A stretch of DNA of 64,000 nucleotides. It comes from an uncultured cyanobacterium. Lineage in GTDB: Bacteria > Cyanobacteriota > Cyanobacteriia > Cyanobacteriales > Nostocaceae. The DNA lies in NCBI GenBank assembly GCA_963706595.1, contig OY970166.1, positions 1,440,001 through 1,504,000 on the forward strand. The letters run 5' to 3'. Shown here in pieces: positions 1-10,470 of this stretch (the stretch's first letter is position 1; the number at the start of each line of letters is the position of its first letter). Under the pieces are notes generated by a model. That model was not told the DNA's origin and searched no databases. It saw only the letters and a list, made by a program, of their open reading frames with translations. The position numbers were made by a program, and so were the translations under genes.

Positions 1-189
1 TAGCCTTGGGAATTGCTTGCATGGACTTAAATTAAATTTTGCAAAAAGAATATATATCTACTGATCAGTAGTGTATCTTTCAGCATTTTTATGCCATTTA
101 TTTAAATACACTATTCTGGTACGCTTTTTTGAGTTTTAAGCAAAATTTAACTATTTTGGCATTTTTACTGAGCTACTTAGTTGAATATT

Positions 190-1473
190 TTATTCCTTGC
201 GAGTCTCTTGAAAAGCAAGACCCATCACTACTAATCCTGGCCAATATAAATAAACTAATATCTCTAAGTTTTCACCAAAGGTATAAAGAAAAAGAATCAT
301 CACAACACTCAAGCCTACTTTAGCAGTTGGCCGTCTACTATCCATTGACTTAATTAACAAATCAACAAAACTGAAAGCCAAGGGAACAGCTAGAGCGATA
401 AATCCAACAATGCCCTTGACAAACAATAAACCCGCCCAGCTATGATGTGAACCAATGGGCATATACTCAACAAGATGGGGTCCTTCTTCAACCACACCAT
501 GTCCCCAAATTGGAGCTTCGGTTCTCCAGCGATAGACAGCAATTTCTTTTAAAGCCATGCGTACTCTTGTTGATCCGGCTCTTGCTGCCTTGAAACCTTC
601 CCAAAAATTCTTAAAAGCCACAATGATTGATGGGGCGAAAATGCCACTTAGGTAACTAAAAAAACCCAGTCCAATGAGCATCTGTGGCCGAGCTAAACCA
701 GATAAGACTTTTGTGAGTAAGGGGATAATAATGATGCAAACTTGAGCTAGACGGGATTTACAAACAAGACACATGACAACTGATCCTACTAGTCCTAACC
801 AGCGCCATTTATGATTTTTTTCTTGCAAGGCCAGCATAAAGTTAACATTGCCCACAAAACCCAATGCTGGTCCCCAAGGGGTAAATAGCCGCCAGCGTAA
901 ATCACCCGTGCTGCCATCAACTTCATAGAGAGGCACGTCAAAAAATTCATTACCAGGTCCACCTACGGCTTTTAGTGGTGAGACATAAAGGACTTGGGGT
1001 AGGTGCAGTAAGGGAGTTAATAATAAAAAAGGGATAATCAACAGGGTATGAAGACCCACGATACAAACGGCTCGATAAATTATCTGGGGGCGGATGTTTA
1101 AGCATCCTGCTAAGGGATAAAGAGCTAGTGCAGCCCAACCTTTAGCCCAGCCAATGGAGGATTTAATGATTAAACCTGTTGGTAAATTATAGTCAAGATG
1201 TCCGGCTATCAATGCCACTTCCATCATCAACATCGAGATAATCCATATCCATAAAGACCAAGAAAGTGTAATTTTTTCTTCGTCTGGGGTGTCTTTAGTT
1301 TGAGCGAGAATTTTAATTAGTAACAATAGTAGTAGTAGCCAACCTAAGACAGCGCCGACAACATAAAGCCCGCCGAAAAGCCAGATGTAATAGGTATTAG
1401 CGATCGCCCACCACACTACTTTTTCTGGTATATTCTCCGGTTTGATATCATCTTTTTTGGTATGCTTCAACAT
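190..1473 (-). CDS. Wzy-type polysaccharide polymerase / O-antigen ligase family membrane protein
   Basis: Many hydrophobic segments, late periplasmic loop with GSHH motif (PIGSHHSWAGLLF), located in an EPS cluster. ATG at 1473 preferred over TTG at 1476. Confidence 0.75.
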   Translation of the reverse strand: MLKHTKKDDIKPENIPEKVVWWAIANTYYIWLFGGLYVVGAVLGWLLLLLLLIKILAQTKDTPDEEKITLSWSLWIWIISMLMMEVALIAGHLDYNLPTGLIIKSSIGWAKGWAALALYPLAGCLNIRPQIIYRAVCIVGLHTLLIIPFLLLTPLLHLPQVLYVSPLKAVGGPGNEFFDVPLYEVDGSTGDLRWRLFTPWGPALGFVGNVNFMLALQEKNHKWRWLGLVGSVVMCLVCKSRLAQVCIIIIPLLTKVLSGLARPQMLIGLGFFSYLSGIFAPSIIVAFKNFWEGFKAARAGSTRVRMALKEIAVYRWRTEAPIWGHGVVEEGPHLVEYMPIGSHHSWAGLLFVKGIVGFIALAVPLAFSFVDLLIKSMDSRRPTAKVGLSVVMILFLYTFGENLEILVYLYWPGLVVMGLAFQETRKE

Positions 1474-1614
1474 CAATTTCCTGGGAAAATTCCTGATTGA
1501 TCAATAGGGTATTGGGAATCACGGAGAAGAAAAACAAAAATTTTTCAATGTTTAAGCCTCTTCTTGATCAGGAGAGGTCAATCCCAAATCCAAAATTGAG
1601 GGACTTTGGCTATA

Positions 1615-3012
1615 TCATGATATCCACTTAGATAGCTTGTCTATCCAGGGTTTACGAATCCACAGCACACCAAGACCGAAAGTAGAAAAGAGCGAACCAA
1701 CCGCCGCTCCAGCCAGGATAAAGTTCTTTTTAGGAGCCGTGGGTTCATCTGGCAAAGTAGGCTCCATTGCCATTTGAATTAAAGGATAGGTAGAAAATAC
1801 ATCCCCTTGCCCTAAATCTAATTTGGTGAGAGTAGAGGCAAAAGTCGCTTCAGCAATCTGTTGATCTCGCTTCAAGTTTTCTAAAATCGACTGCTTTTGA
1901 GAAAGATTATCTAGACGCTTTTCCAATTGAGCGATCGCTAAGTCCAACCCTTTAACTTGGGCTTTGAGTCCCTGTTGATCTGATTGGTAAGTCACCAAAT
2001 TCTGGAATAGTATATCCCGCCCAGATCCGTTAACGGCCAAAGCTAAACGATTGAGTGTCGCGGGAGTCAGAGGCTGACCTGATAAGTATTCACTACGCTC
2101 AAGTAAGGCATCCCAAGCAGCTTCTTGGCGTTTGCTTTCTTTAATTATTTGAGGATGGTTAACACCAAACTTAGTTATTAAGACTTCCAAGGAAGTTGTA
2201 GCTTCACTGTACTCCTTGAGGTTTTGTTGAAAGATTTGGTCTACATGGAGAAAAAAAGCTGTTGCTGCTTCAGCAGGGGAAAGTCTGAGATCCTGAGATA
2301 ACTGCTGCATTCGTTTGTCAGTCAGTTCCTCTTGGGCATGAGTTTCTGCTCGCAATCGGCGCAGTTGCTCAATATTAGTAGATAAATTACCTACTTGATC
2401 AGGAAAATTTAAACCAGAACGCATTTTATAATCCGAGAGTCGTTTTTGCGCGTCCTCTAGTTTACGCTGGGCAGAGAGCAGAATTTCCTGGGAAGGTTTC
2501 CCTCGTTGACTAATTTCCCCAGATCGTAAGACATTGATGTGGCTAACTATTGCTTCATAGAGAGCTAAAGATTTATCCCGTGCTTCTTCTGGACTTTTGC
2601 CAGTGACTTCAAACTGCATGATTGTTGTGTTGTTTAACAGTTTGATGCGGGGCTGATTGAATTGATCAACCGGAATTTTAGCGATCGCTGCTGCGGCTTC
2701 TAACACGCGGTCACTTGTAAAAATATATTGCAGATTTGCTCTAGGATCATAAGTAGAACTCCCTAAAGCAGAGCCAGTAGAAGAAGACGCTTGACCAATC
2801 CCTGGCAGGTTGACGCTCACCCCTAAACTACCGCTACTGAGTATTAACCCCCACTCACTAGTATAAGTAGGTTTGGTAATTTTCAAATACTGGAACGATG
2901 ACCCCCAAATCAAAGTATTACCCAATATACTGAGGATGAGATAGCGCAGCCAACGGCCTTTAAGGAAACTCCCCAGATGTGCCATCTTAAAAATTAATAG
3001 CCTTTGTGTCAT
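1615..3012 (-). CDS. Polysaccharide co-polymerase / chain-length determinant (GumC/Wzc-like, no kinase domain)
   Basis: N- and C-terminal TM helices, long coiled coil, Pro-rich motif before the last TM (EPTLPDEPTAPKK). Overlaps the wza-like gene by ATGA. Confidence 0.8.
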   Translation of the reverse strand: MTQRLLIFKMAHLGSFLKGRWLRYLILSILGNTLIWGSSFQYLKITKPTYTSEWGLILSSGSLGVSVNLPGIGQASSSTGSALGSSTYDPRANLQYIFTSDRVLEAAAAIAKIPVDQFNQPRIKLLNNTTIMQFEVTGKSPEEARDKSLALYEAIVSHINVLRSGEISQRGKPSQEILLSAQRKLEDAQKRLSDYKMRSGLNFPDQVGNLSTNIEQLRRLRAETHAQEELTDKRMQQLSQDLRLSPAEAATAFFLHVDQIFQQNLKEYSEATTSLEVLITKFGVNHPQIIKESKRQEAAWDALLERSEYLSGQPLTPATLNRLALAVNGSGRDILFQNLVTYQSDQQGLKAQVKGLDLAIAQLEKRLDNLSQKQSILENLKRDQQIAEATFASTLTKLDLGQGDVFSTYPLIQMAMEPTLPDEPTAPKKNFILAGAAVGSLFSTFGLGVLWIRKPWIDKLSKWIS

Positions 3013-4040
3013 CTGAATAAATCTCGCAAAATGGGAATAGGGGAGAGGATGGTTTGGATAATATCCCGAAATTGAACAACTTTTGAGTCATAGCAGGTGA
3101 CAATATCATTGGCCTGTAGAAAAGGGTTGTTAACATCGCTGGTAGAATCAGTCAGTAAATTGTTGACATGACGCTGCAAGTACGTGGTTTTCCCAGTCAA
3201 ATGCTCAGTAGTTACCAAGATGGCTTTGCGTTCGGCATTAGTACCCCTTGTCCCCCCAGCACAGTTGGCTGCTGTCACCGCATGGGAAAAGCGAGAACCA
3301 TAAGGAAATGATGTTGCATCACGTCCAATCCCAGAAACAGCATTACCCGTAGCTGGTACGGTGAGATTGGAAAGAAATACCTTCACACCAACCGGGGTAA
3401 TTGGGGAAGGACGCACGAGTTCATTGTGCATCTGTCCCGAATCTGGAACGATGATGCGATCGCCCGCAATCAATGCTATATCAACAAAGGGTTCACCTGT
3501 GAATAGACCAGATAGGTCAATAATTCGGGTTTTTTTGTCGCGAATCAATTGAATGTTTTTGATATCAGCAGTGGGTTTGACTCCTCCTGCATCACGGATA
3601 GCAGATGCCAAGTAACGGTTTATGGGATATTGTCCCGCCACTGGCACAGGAGGCTGTGTTTTCTCTGCTGGGGAAGGTTCATTGATCAATACCCTTCCTG
3701 GTGAAAATGTTGCCCCACTAACAAACACCTCCACCGGCCCCCACTGCACTACTCTTAAACTTACCTGGAGAAAAGAGGGCTGGAAAAAAGCGCCATCAAT
3801 CAAAACTGTCTTCAGATTCTCCTCGACTTGCTCTGGTTCTAAACCCACAACTGGCAACAGGGTGAGATAGGGAATCTCTAAATTGCCTTCTAAGTTGACT
3901 TCAAAAATCCCACTAAACTCTTCTCCTTCTGGGATAGTTACCTTGACGCGATCGCCCGGAGATAGAGGCAATGCCAAACTAGGTTTCGCGAATATTAATG
4001 TTGCAACTATGGCATTACAAAGTAAACGTTTAAGCATCAC
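3009..4040 (-). CDS. wza: Polysaccharide export protein (Wza/OPX, SLBB domains)
   Basis: Signal peptide, LSPGDRVKV Poly_export motif, AGGVKPTADIKNI and GDRIIVP SLBB motifs. Confidence 0.85.
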   Translation of the reverse strand: MMLKRLLCNAIVATLIFAKPSLALPLSPGDRVKVTIPEGEEFSGIFEVNLEGNLEIPYLTLLPVVGLEPEQVEENLKTVLIDGAFFQPSFLQVSLRVVQWGPVEVFVSGATFSPGRVLINEPSPAEKTQPPVPVAGQYPINRYLASAIRDAGGVKPTADIKNIQLIRDKKTRIIDLSGLFTGEPFVDIALIAGDRIIVPDSGQMHNELVRPSPITPVGVKVFLSNLTVPATGNAVSGIGRDATSFPYGSRFSHAVTAANCAGGTRGTNAERKAILVTTEHLTGKTTYLQRHVNNLLTDSTSDVNNPFLQANDIVTCYDSKVVQFRDIIQTILSPIPILRDLFR

Positions 4041-4760
4041 TAGAGAAAATACGTAAGTGGCTATTTCGCTAATTTGTGAGAATAACAGACCAAAACTAGT
4101 AAGTAGTTTCCACTAGAATATCTAGTTTTAGTTGTCCCTAATAACTAATATTTATTTTACAGTATTATTTTAGATGCAAATACCCTGTTTCCCAGTCTAA
4201 CTAACTATCTAACCCTCTGAAAGCAGTAATATTACGTATTTTCTGCTGCCAATTACTGATATAAATCAGGGGAATTAGTGAGATGGAATAACTTAATTAT
4301 TTAGTAGCTATTTTTTTAAAAAATATACAAATTTTATTTGACAACTTGAGGAATTGAGTGTATAAAAATAATACAGGGTTTAAAAAAGAATGCATCTCTC
4401 CTAAAAAGTTGTTTGCCATCCCAGTAAATGCTGGACATTTACCAAGAGAAAGGCAATCAACAATCACAGCAAGCCAGTGGCTTTTCGGGTGGAAGTCCGT
4501 CTACATGGGTTTTAAATCCTGATAGTAGCTATCAGCTATAAGCGGTCAACAGTCAGCAGTCAACCCCTCTTGGGACACGGCATTTTGATTGACCTATAGT
4601 ATGCTGTAAAAATTTCTTGATACCACAAGCCTCTAGATTTATCTGTGGGGTGAATCCAAAATCTCAAATTGGATAAAGCTTTTTTTGGGTAGCGTTGTTG
4701 CTTAACCCAAGCGATTTTTTCGGGGCATCTACCAGTCAATTAATTCTGAGAATCTCCATT

Positions 4761-5837
4761 ATGGGACTCACCGTTGGTCTGGTAAACACTTATTCAACAC
4801 TCAATATTGGTGATGCAGCCATCTATAGTGCCTTAACTGCTCTAGCATCAGAGGCTGAAGTTGTTGCTCAATTTCAAGATTCCGAACCGGAATACATTCC
4901 TGGTTTGCAAATTGTGACGCAGATTAGGCATTGTGATGCCTATATTAGTGTCGGTGGCGATATTTTTAATAATGCCCGTGAAGCTTTAATTACCAAATCC
5001 TTCATTAGGAATTTGCTTCAGTTAAGGCGATCGCCCAAGCATACTTTTGTATTTGGGCAATCTATTCCCCGCTCATGTCACAGTTTGAGTTTTCAAGCTT
5101 TGACCTATTGCTTGCGTCAATTGGCAGCTGTTTGTGTGCGCGATGTCGAAAGCCATCAACGTTTAACTAGGGCTGGCATCCCAGCAATTTTATCTTTTGA
5201 TGCAGCATTTACTTTATCAGCGAGTGAGCAAGCTAAAGACTTAGCTCAACAGGTGTTAAAAACACTGGAAATCCAACCAGAATCAGCAGCTTTGATTTCT
5301 CTGCGTACCTTTGATTCCATGTATCGCCATGACAATCAGCAGTTTCAACGACAACTTGTGTCCTTAAGTCGTAAATTCTGCCAACAGGGATATCAACCTG
5401 TATTGGTGATTCAGTCTCAAGCTTACGGTGCTGATCATGACTTAGCCATGGCCAAGGAAATTGTCCAACAAGTACCTCAGCTAAAAATTTTTAATCCCTT
5501 TGCCTTGAGCCATCAACTACCTAAATGGGAATTGGTAATGGGTGCATTGGCTATTTGTCGTTTGATTGTGGCAGTCAGATATCATACATCAGTTTTAGCC
5601 TTAGCAAGTGGTCGAGTTCCATTTAACTTGTACTACTCAAATAAGGGTAAAGATTTAACCAAACGCTTACAAATCCCTGGTTGTAGCCTAGAAGAGTTTA
5701 ACCCAGATATTCATTGGGATGCGATCGCTGCTACCTCTGTTACTACCTTTGATGATCAAATCATTCGCCAACAGGTCAAACAGGATTTTCAGAATTGCTA
5801 TAGCCGAGTCGTTGATTATGGCAGGGAAAAGGGTTAA
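4761..5837 (+). CDS. Polysaccharide pyruvyl transferase family protein
   Basis: NIGDAAI, VGGDIF, GQSI, VRDVES and RYH motifs. ATG at 4761 is more plausible than TTG at 4695. Confidence 0.85.
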   Translation: MGLTVGLVNTYSTLNIGDAAIYSALTALASEAEVVAQFQDSEPEYIPGLQIVTQIRHCDAYISVGGDIFNNAREALITKSFIRNLLQLRRSPKHTFVFGQSIPRSCHSLSFQALTYCLRQLAAVCVRDVESHQRLTRAGIPAILSFDAAFTLSASEQAKDLAQQVLKTLEIQPESAALISLRTFDSMYRHDNQQFQRQLVSLSRKFCQQGYQPVLVIQSQAYGADHDLAMAKEIVQQVPQLKIFNPFALSHQLPKWELVMGALAICRLIVAVRYHTSVLALASGRVPFNLYYSNKGKDLTKRLQIPGCSLEEFNPDIHWDAIAATSVTTFDDQIIRQQVKQDFQNCYSRVVDYGREKG

Positions 5838-5992
5838 AAGTCTTTTGGTGTCAAGCTTTTTCGGTAAATTTTGTCCCTGATCCAAGCGCATACCGCTATA
5901 AACCTTTAAGTTGCACATTGAGGTATGTGGGGGAGCAGAGATGCAGGGGGAGAAGTTTCTACCTAATTTAAAAATGAGGAAAATAAAACTCT

Positions 5993-6136
5993 ATGAAACC
6001 GAAAACTTGCCATTTGGTAGGTGGTTCCGGCATGGGTTGGACTGGTGACATGAAAGCCACATTACCAAGTTCAGCCATAAATTCTTGGCAAACGTACCTA
6101 TCTAACTGGGACAAGTTGCTAGAGGACTGGACATGA
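5993..6136 (+). CDS. Putative 47-aa small protein, translationally coupled to wzx
   Basis: Read by hand: MKPKTCHLVGGSGMGWTGDMKATLPSSAINSWQTYLSNWDKLLEDWT*. GAGGA at 5976-5980 lies upstream; its TGA overlaps the wzx ATG (ATGA at 6133-6136). Confidence 0.5.
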   Translation: MKPKTCHLVGGSGMGWTGDMKATLPSSAINSWQTYLSNWDKLLEDWT

Positions 6137-7401
6137 AAGCATTAATCCAAACTTTATCTGCTTTCAAAAAAGACCGCTTTATCCGCAATATTGGCTGGAT
6201 GGGGGCTTCTGAATTAGTAGTTAGGGTATTTCGTCTTGTTACTACAGTCATTCTCGCTCGTTTTCTGAGTGCTGAAGATTATGGTTTAGCTGCCATTGTG
6301 TTGATGACTTACGAATTTATTCGCGTCTTCACCCGCAACGGTATTGCTGACAAAATCGTGCAAGCAGAAGCAGAAGAGGTGGAAGAGTTATGCCGCACTG
6401 CTTATGGGTTGAACTGGATAATTGCCTTAGTTTTATTTATAGTTCAATGTTTGGCATCATTAGCGATCGCACAATTCTATAATAATTCCCATCTCATTGT
6501 TCCTATCTGTCTCATTGCCATTACTTACCTAATTTATCCTCTGGCAATGGTACAAACAGCCTTAATTAGAAGAGAAAACCGCTTAAATATTCTCGCCCTA
6601 ATTAGTTCAGTCCAAGTATCTACAGATAATGTACTGACGGCAATTTTTGCCCTCTCAGGTATGGGAATGTGGGCAATTGTTTTACCAAAGTTTTTAGTCG
6701 CACCCATCTGGATTATTATTACCTTTAAATATCATCCTTGGCGGATGACGAAATCTTTTAATTTTGATAGATGGCAACGAATCACATCATTTGCTAGTCG
6801 TATTTTGGGGATAGAATTACTAACAATATTCAGAGAAAATATTGATTATCTTTTGATTGGTAGATTTGTTGGCGTGGAAGCTTTAGGAGTTTATTATTTT
6901 GCTTTCAATGCTGGATTGGGAATTAGTTTAAGTGTAATTAATGCTATAAGAATCTCACTATTTTCTGACCTATGTGATCTCAAATCTCAGACAGAGTTAT
7001 TTACCCAACGCTATAGCCAAAGCCTACGCAAAATAGCTTTAATGATTGTGCCTTTGGTAGTGTTGCAATCTAGTTTAGCCCCCTTTTATGTTCCCCTAAT
7101 CTTTGGACAGAAATGGGTAGAACGAGGAGCAGTACCGATTTTAATCCTAATTTGTATTTCGGCTTTATCCCGTCCCTTTGCTGATGCTGCTTCTTTAATG
7201 TTTCGTGCTTTTGGTCAACCAGAAATTGAATTGCGTTGGAATCTCTTGTTTACTGCCTGTTTAGCTACTACTATTTGTGTCGGTACAAACTGGGGAATTT
7301 TGGGTGCTGCGGTGGCCGTAACGGTGACACACCTAACTTTGCAACCTCTGTACACCTTATGGGCAAATCGGCAAAAATTATCCAAAGAGGTGAACCCATG
7401 A
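6133..7401 (+). CDS. wzx: Wzx flippase (PST/MOP family)
   Basis: ILARFLSAEDYG and ALGVYYFAF motifs, about 12 TM segments. Confidence 0.9.
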   Translation: MKALIQTLSAFKKDRFIRNIGWMGASELVVRVFRLVTTVILARFLSAEDYGLAAIVLMTYEFIRVFTRNGIADKIVQAEAEEVEELCRTAYGLNWIIALVLFIVQCLASLAIAQFYNNSHLIVPICLIAITYLIYPLAMVQTALIRRENRLNILALISSVQVSTDNVLTAIFALSGMGMWAIVLPKFLVAPIWIIITFKYHPWRMTKSFNFDRWQRITSFASRILGIELLTIFRENIDYLLIGRFVGVEALGVYYFAFNAGLGISLSVINAIRISLFSDLCDLKSQTELFTQRYSQSLRKIALMIVPLVVLQSSLAPFYVPLIFGQKWVERGAVPILILICISALSRPFADAASLMFRAFGQPEIELRWNLLFTACLATTICVGTNWGILGAAVAVTVTHLTLQPLYTLWANRQKLSKEVNP

Positions 7402-8363
7402 CAAATATTAATCCAATGGTGACAGTAATTATTCCCGCTTACAATGCTGCTGAGTTTTTACCAGCAGCCATAACATCTGTTCAACAACAAACTTGCTCTG
7501 ATTGGGAATTATTAATAATAAATGATGGATCTACGGATGACACAGTTGCAGTTGTCAGGCAATATCAAGAAATAGATCATTGCATTCATTTAATTCATCA
7601 ACTAAATCAGGGAGTTTCTACGGCTCGTAATTTAGGAATTGAAAAAAGCAAAGGTCAAATTATTGCTTTTCTTGATGCTGATGATCAATGGTTTCCCGAT
7701 AAACTTCAACAACACCTGCAACATTTTCAATCTCATCCCCGTTTAGGAGTGAGCTTTTCGCAAGTCGAAATACTCAACCAATCAGGTGAATCAACTGGAC
7801 AGGTTTCGAGTTCTCGTTTAACTGATTTAAACCCAGAATATTTATTATCAGAAAATCCCACCACTACTACTTCTAATTGGGTAGTTCGTAAGGAAGTATT
7901 TGCTCAAGTGGGAGGCTTTTCTTCTGATATGAGTTATTCGGAAGATTTGGAATGGTTACTGCGGGTAATTTGCACTGGTGTTTGGGAAATTGCGGGGATA
8001 AATCAGGTTTTAACTCGCTATCGAACCAGTTCTGCTGGACTGTCATCGAATTTGTATCGGATGGAAACCGGTTGGAATCAATTGGTGGAAAAGGCGAAAA
8101 TCTATGCTCCACAATTGGTCGAAAATCATTTTGCTTTGGCTCAAGCTCTGCATTTGCGTTATCTGGCTCGACGGGCTTTTCGGTTAAAGTTACCGGCTGC
8201 GGTAGGGGTGGATTTTATGACTCGTGCTTTGGTTTCTGATTGGCGTTTGTTGTTTCATCAGCCGCGACGAAGTTTATTGACTTTGGTTGCTGTGTTTGGC
8301 GCTTTGGTGATGGAGAAGATTTTTCTCACGCAGAGGCGCAGAGACGCAGAGAGGAAGAGTTGA
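7398..8363 (+). CDS. GT2 glycosyltransferase
   Basis: VIIPAYN, DGSTD, FLDADD and ED motifs. ATG at 7398 overlaps the wzx stop (ATGA). Confidence 0.92.
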   Translation: MTNINPMVTVIIPAYNAAEFLPAAITSVQQQTCSDWELLIINDGSTDDTVAVVRQYQEIDHCIHLIHQLNQGVSTARNLGIEKSKGQIIAFLDADDQWFPDKLQQHLQHFQSHPRLGVSFSQVEILNQSGESTGQVSSSRLTDLNPEYLLSENPTTTTSNWVVRKEVFAQVGGFSSDMSYSEDLEWLLRVICTGVWEIAGINQVLTRYRTSSAGLSSNLYRMETGWNQLVEKAKIYAPQLVENHFALAQALHLRYLARRAFRLKLPAAVGVDFMTRALVSDWRLLFHQPRRSLLTLVAVFGALVMEKIFLTQRRRDAERKS

Positions 8364-8388
8364 TAATTTTTAATTACTAATTAATATC

Positions 8389-9411
8389 ATGCCTAAAATA
8401 TCTGTGATTATTCCTGTTTATAATTCTGAGAAAACGGTTGCTGAAACGCTGGATTCGGTTCTAGCACAAACCTACGGCGATTTAGAAATTCTTATTGTTG
8501 ATGATGGTTCAACTGATAAAAGTATTGAAATTTGTCGGCAGTTTAAAGATGAGCGAATTAAGATTATTCATCAGCAAAATCGCGGTTTAGCTGGGGCGAG
8601 AAATACAGGGATTCGTCACGCGCAAGGGGAGTTTTTAGGTTTTGTTGATAGTGATGATTTATGGTTGCCACAAAAGGTGGAAAAACATCTTCAACATTTG
8701 GATAATTCGCCTAATGTTGGGGTGAGTTTTTCCCGTTCTCGATTTATTGATGAGCAAGGTAAACCTTTGGGTATTTATCAAATGCCTAAGTTAACAAATA
8801 TTACTCCCGAATATCTGTTTTGTCGTAATCCTATTGGTAATGGATCTTCGGTTGTAATTCGCAGGGATGTTTTGACAGCTATTAAGTTTGAAGCCAATCT
8901 TCATGGGGAGGTGGAAGATTTCTATTTTGATGATCGTTTTCGTCAGTCTGAAGATATTGAATGTTGGTTGCGTATTGCTTTACAAACAAATTGGAAAATA
9001 GAAGGTATTCCTGAAGCACTGACTCTTTATCGTTTAAATAGTGGTGGTTTGTCGGCTAATCTTCTCAAACAATATGAATCTTGGGAACAAATTCTTGTGA
9101 AAACTAAAGTTTATAATCCTGAATTTATTGAGAAATGGGGCAATAAAGCTAGAGCCTATCAACTACGATATTTGGCACGACGAGCTACAAGACAAAGAGC
9201 CTCACAAATGGCAGTTAGTTTACTAAATCAAGCTTTGGTTACTTATTGGCGGATTATTTTGGAAGAACCTCGACGCACGTTCATCTCTTTGATTGCTGCC
9301 TATCTATTATGGTTACTACCGCAATCAATCTACCAGTGGTTAGAGAAATTAATCATGCAAATTACAGGAGCAACTCAGCGACAACGTATTCAAAAGGAAC
9401 AAATCACTTAG
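8389..9411 (+). CDS. GT2 glycosyltransferase
   Basis: VIIPVYN, DDGSTD, FVDSDD and SED motifs; paralogous to the upstream GT2. Confidence 0.92.
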   Translation: MPKISVIIPVYNSEKTVAETLDSVLAQTYGDLEILIVDDGSTDKSIEICRQFKDERIKIIHQQNRGLAGARNTGIRHAQGEFLGFVDSDDLWLPQKVEKHLQHLDNSPNVGVSFSRSRFIDEQGKPLGIYQMPKLTNITPEYLFCRNPIGNGSSVVIRRDVLTAIKFEANLHGEVEDFYFDDRFRQSEDIECWLRIALQTNWKIEGIPEALTLYRLNSGGLSANLLKQYESWEQILVKTKVYNPEFIEKWGNKARAYQLRYLARRATRQRASQMAVSLLNQALVTYWRIILEEPRRTFISLIAAYLLWLLPQSIYQWLEKLIMQITGATQRQRIQKEQIT

Positions 9412-9428
9412 GAAATAAACTCTTTTTA

Positions 9429-9459
9429 ATCACCAATTACCAATTACCAATTACCAATT
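9429..9459 (+). repeat. STRR heptamer array (ACCAATT)n
   Basis: About 4 tandem copies visible. Confidence 0.85.
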
Positions 9460-9921
9460 ATGACAGTTTTATTAGTTTGTTCTTCTGGTGGACATTTTAA
9501 AGCTTTGCAACAATTACGTCCTTTTTGGGAAAATCAAGAGCGAGTTTGGGTGACTTTTCGCACTAAAACTACAGAAGCAGAATTAACTGAAGAACAGGTG
9601 TATTGGGCTTACAGTCCTACTAATCGAAATCTTCCAAATTTGTGCAGAAATCTGCTTTTATCTTGGCAATTAATTAGAAAAATTCGACCAGATGTAATTA
9701 TCTCTACTGGTGCTGGTGTTGCTGTCCCTTTTCTGATTTTGGGCAAATTATTGGGTAGCAAAACTGTATTTATTGAATCGGTAACGCGGGTTAATACTTT
9801 AAGTTTATCGGCGAAATTAGTTTTACCTTTTCTCAGTGTTTTATATGTGCAGTGGCCGCAATTACAAGCCCGTTATCCTCAAGCTGAACTTGTGATTCCC
9901 CAGGAGGTTTTAAGTTATTGA
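9460..9921 (+). CDS. Alg14/PssD/CpsF-like glycosyltransferase subunit
   Basis: CSSGGH, ISTGAGVAVP, FIES and VQWP motifs. Confidence 0.9.
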   Translation: MTVLLVCSSGGHFKALQQLRPFWENQERVWVTFRTKTTEAELTEEQVYWAYSPTNRNLPNLCRNLLLSWQLIRKIRPDVIISTGAGVAVPFLILGKLLGSKTVFIESVTRVNTLSLSAKLVLPFLSVLYVQWPQLQARYPQAELVIPQEVLSY

Positions 9922-9931
9922 AAAAAGTTTT

Positions 9932-9958
9932 ATTCCCTATTCCCTATTCCCTATTCCC
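9932..9958 (+). repeat. STRR heptamer array (ATTCCCT)n
   Basis: About 4 tandem copies. Confidence 0.85.
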
Positions 9959-9968
9959 TCTTTAATTT

Positions 9969-10454
9969 ATGATTTTAATCACTGTTGGTACAGAACAATA
10001 TCCTTTTAATCGTCTGATGCAATGGGTTGAGGTGTTGTTACAGTCGGAAATGATTCAAGAAGAAGTGGTTGTTCAGTACGGCAACTCCACTATTTTACCG
10101 GCTGGTGCAAAGGTTTACCGTTTTCTTAAGGAAGAAAAGTTTCAAGATTTGATTCAGCAAGCGCGAATTGTGATTGCTCATTGTGGTGAAGGAACTTTAC
10201 TGCTTTTGGATTCTTTGGATAAGCCTTATATTTTGGTTTCGCGCAGTCAAGAGTTTAAAGAACACGTTGATGATCATCAGGTAGAACTTGGTTTAGCACT
10301 ATCGCAAATTAATGTTCCTGTTGCTTGGTGTCCGGGAGATTTGGTGCGGTTTATAGATGCCCCTAGAAAGGTTTCTATTGCTGATGTTTCTCATGCTAGT
10401 GCGCTCGCTCTTTGTCAGAGTTTACAATCTCGTTTTGGTCAAAATCTTAACTAA
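9969..10454 (+). CDS. Alg13/PssE/CpsG-like glycosyltransferase (GT28 C-terminal domain)
   Basis: ITVGTEQYPFNRL, HCGEGT and EHVDDHQ motifs; partner of the upstream Alg14-like gene. Confidence 0.9.
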   Translation: MILITVGTEQYPFNRLMQWVEVLLQSEMIQEEVVVQYGNSTILPAGAKVYRFLKEEKFQDLIQQARIVIAHCGEGTLLLLDSLDKPYILVSRSQEFKEHVDDHQVELGLALSQINVPVAWCPGDLVRFIDAPRKVSIADVSHASALALCQSLQSRFGQNLN

Positions 10455-10470
10455 TTTTAAGTAGGTAAAC

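Noticed and set aside
4470..4660. Possible riboswitch/ncRNA in the divergent EPS promoter region (GGGTGGAAGT, small hairpins)
   Set aside because: The flanking pairing needed for a glnA-type or other known motif is missing. An Rfam/Infernal scan would be needed.
7236..7397. Upstream extensions in the ORF track for GT2, H-NOX (12502), guaA (45966) and the CpcT-type lyase (63271)
   Set aside because: Downstream ATGs match family N-termini, RBS positions or gene overlaps better.
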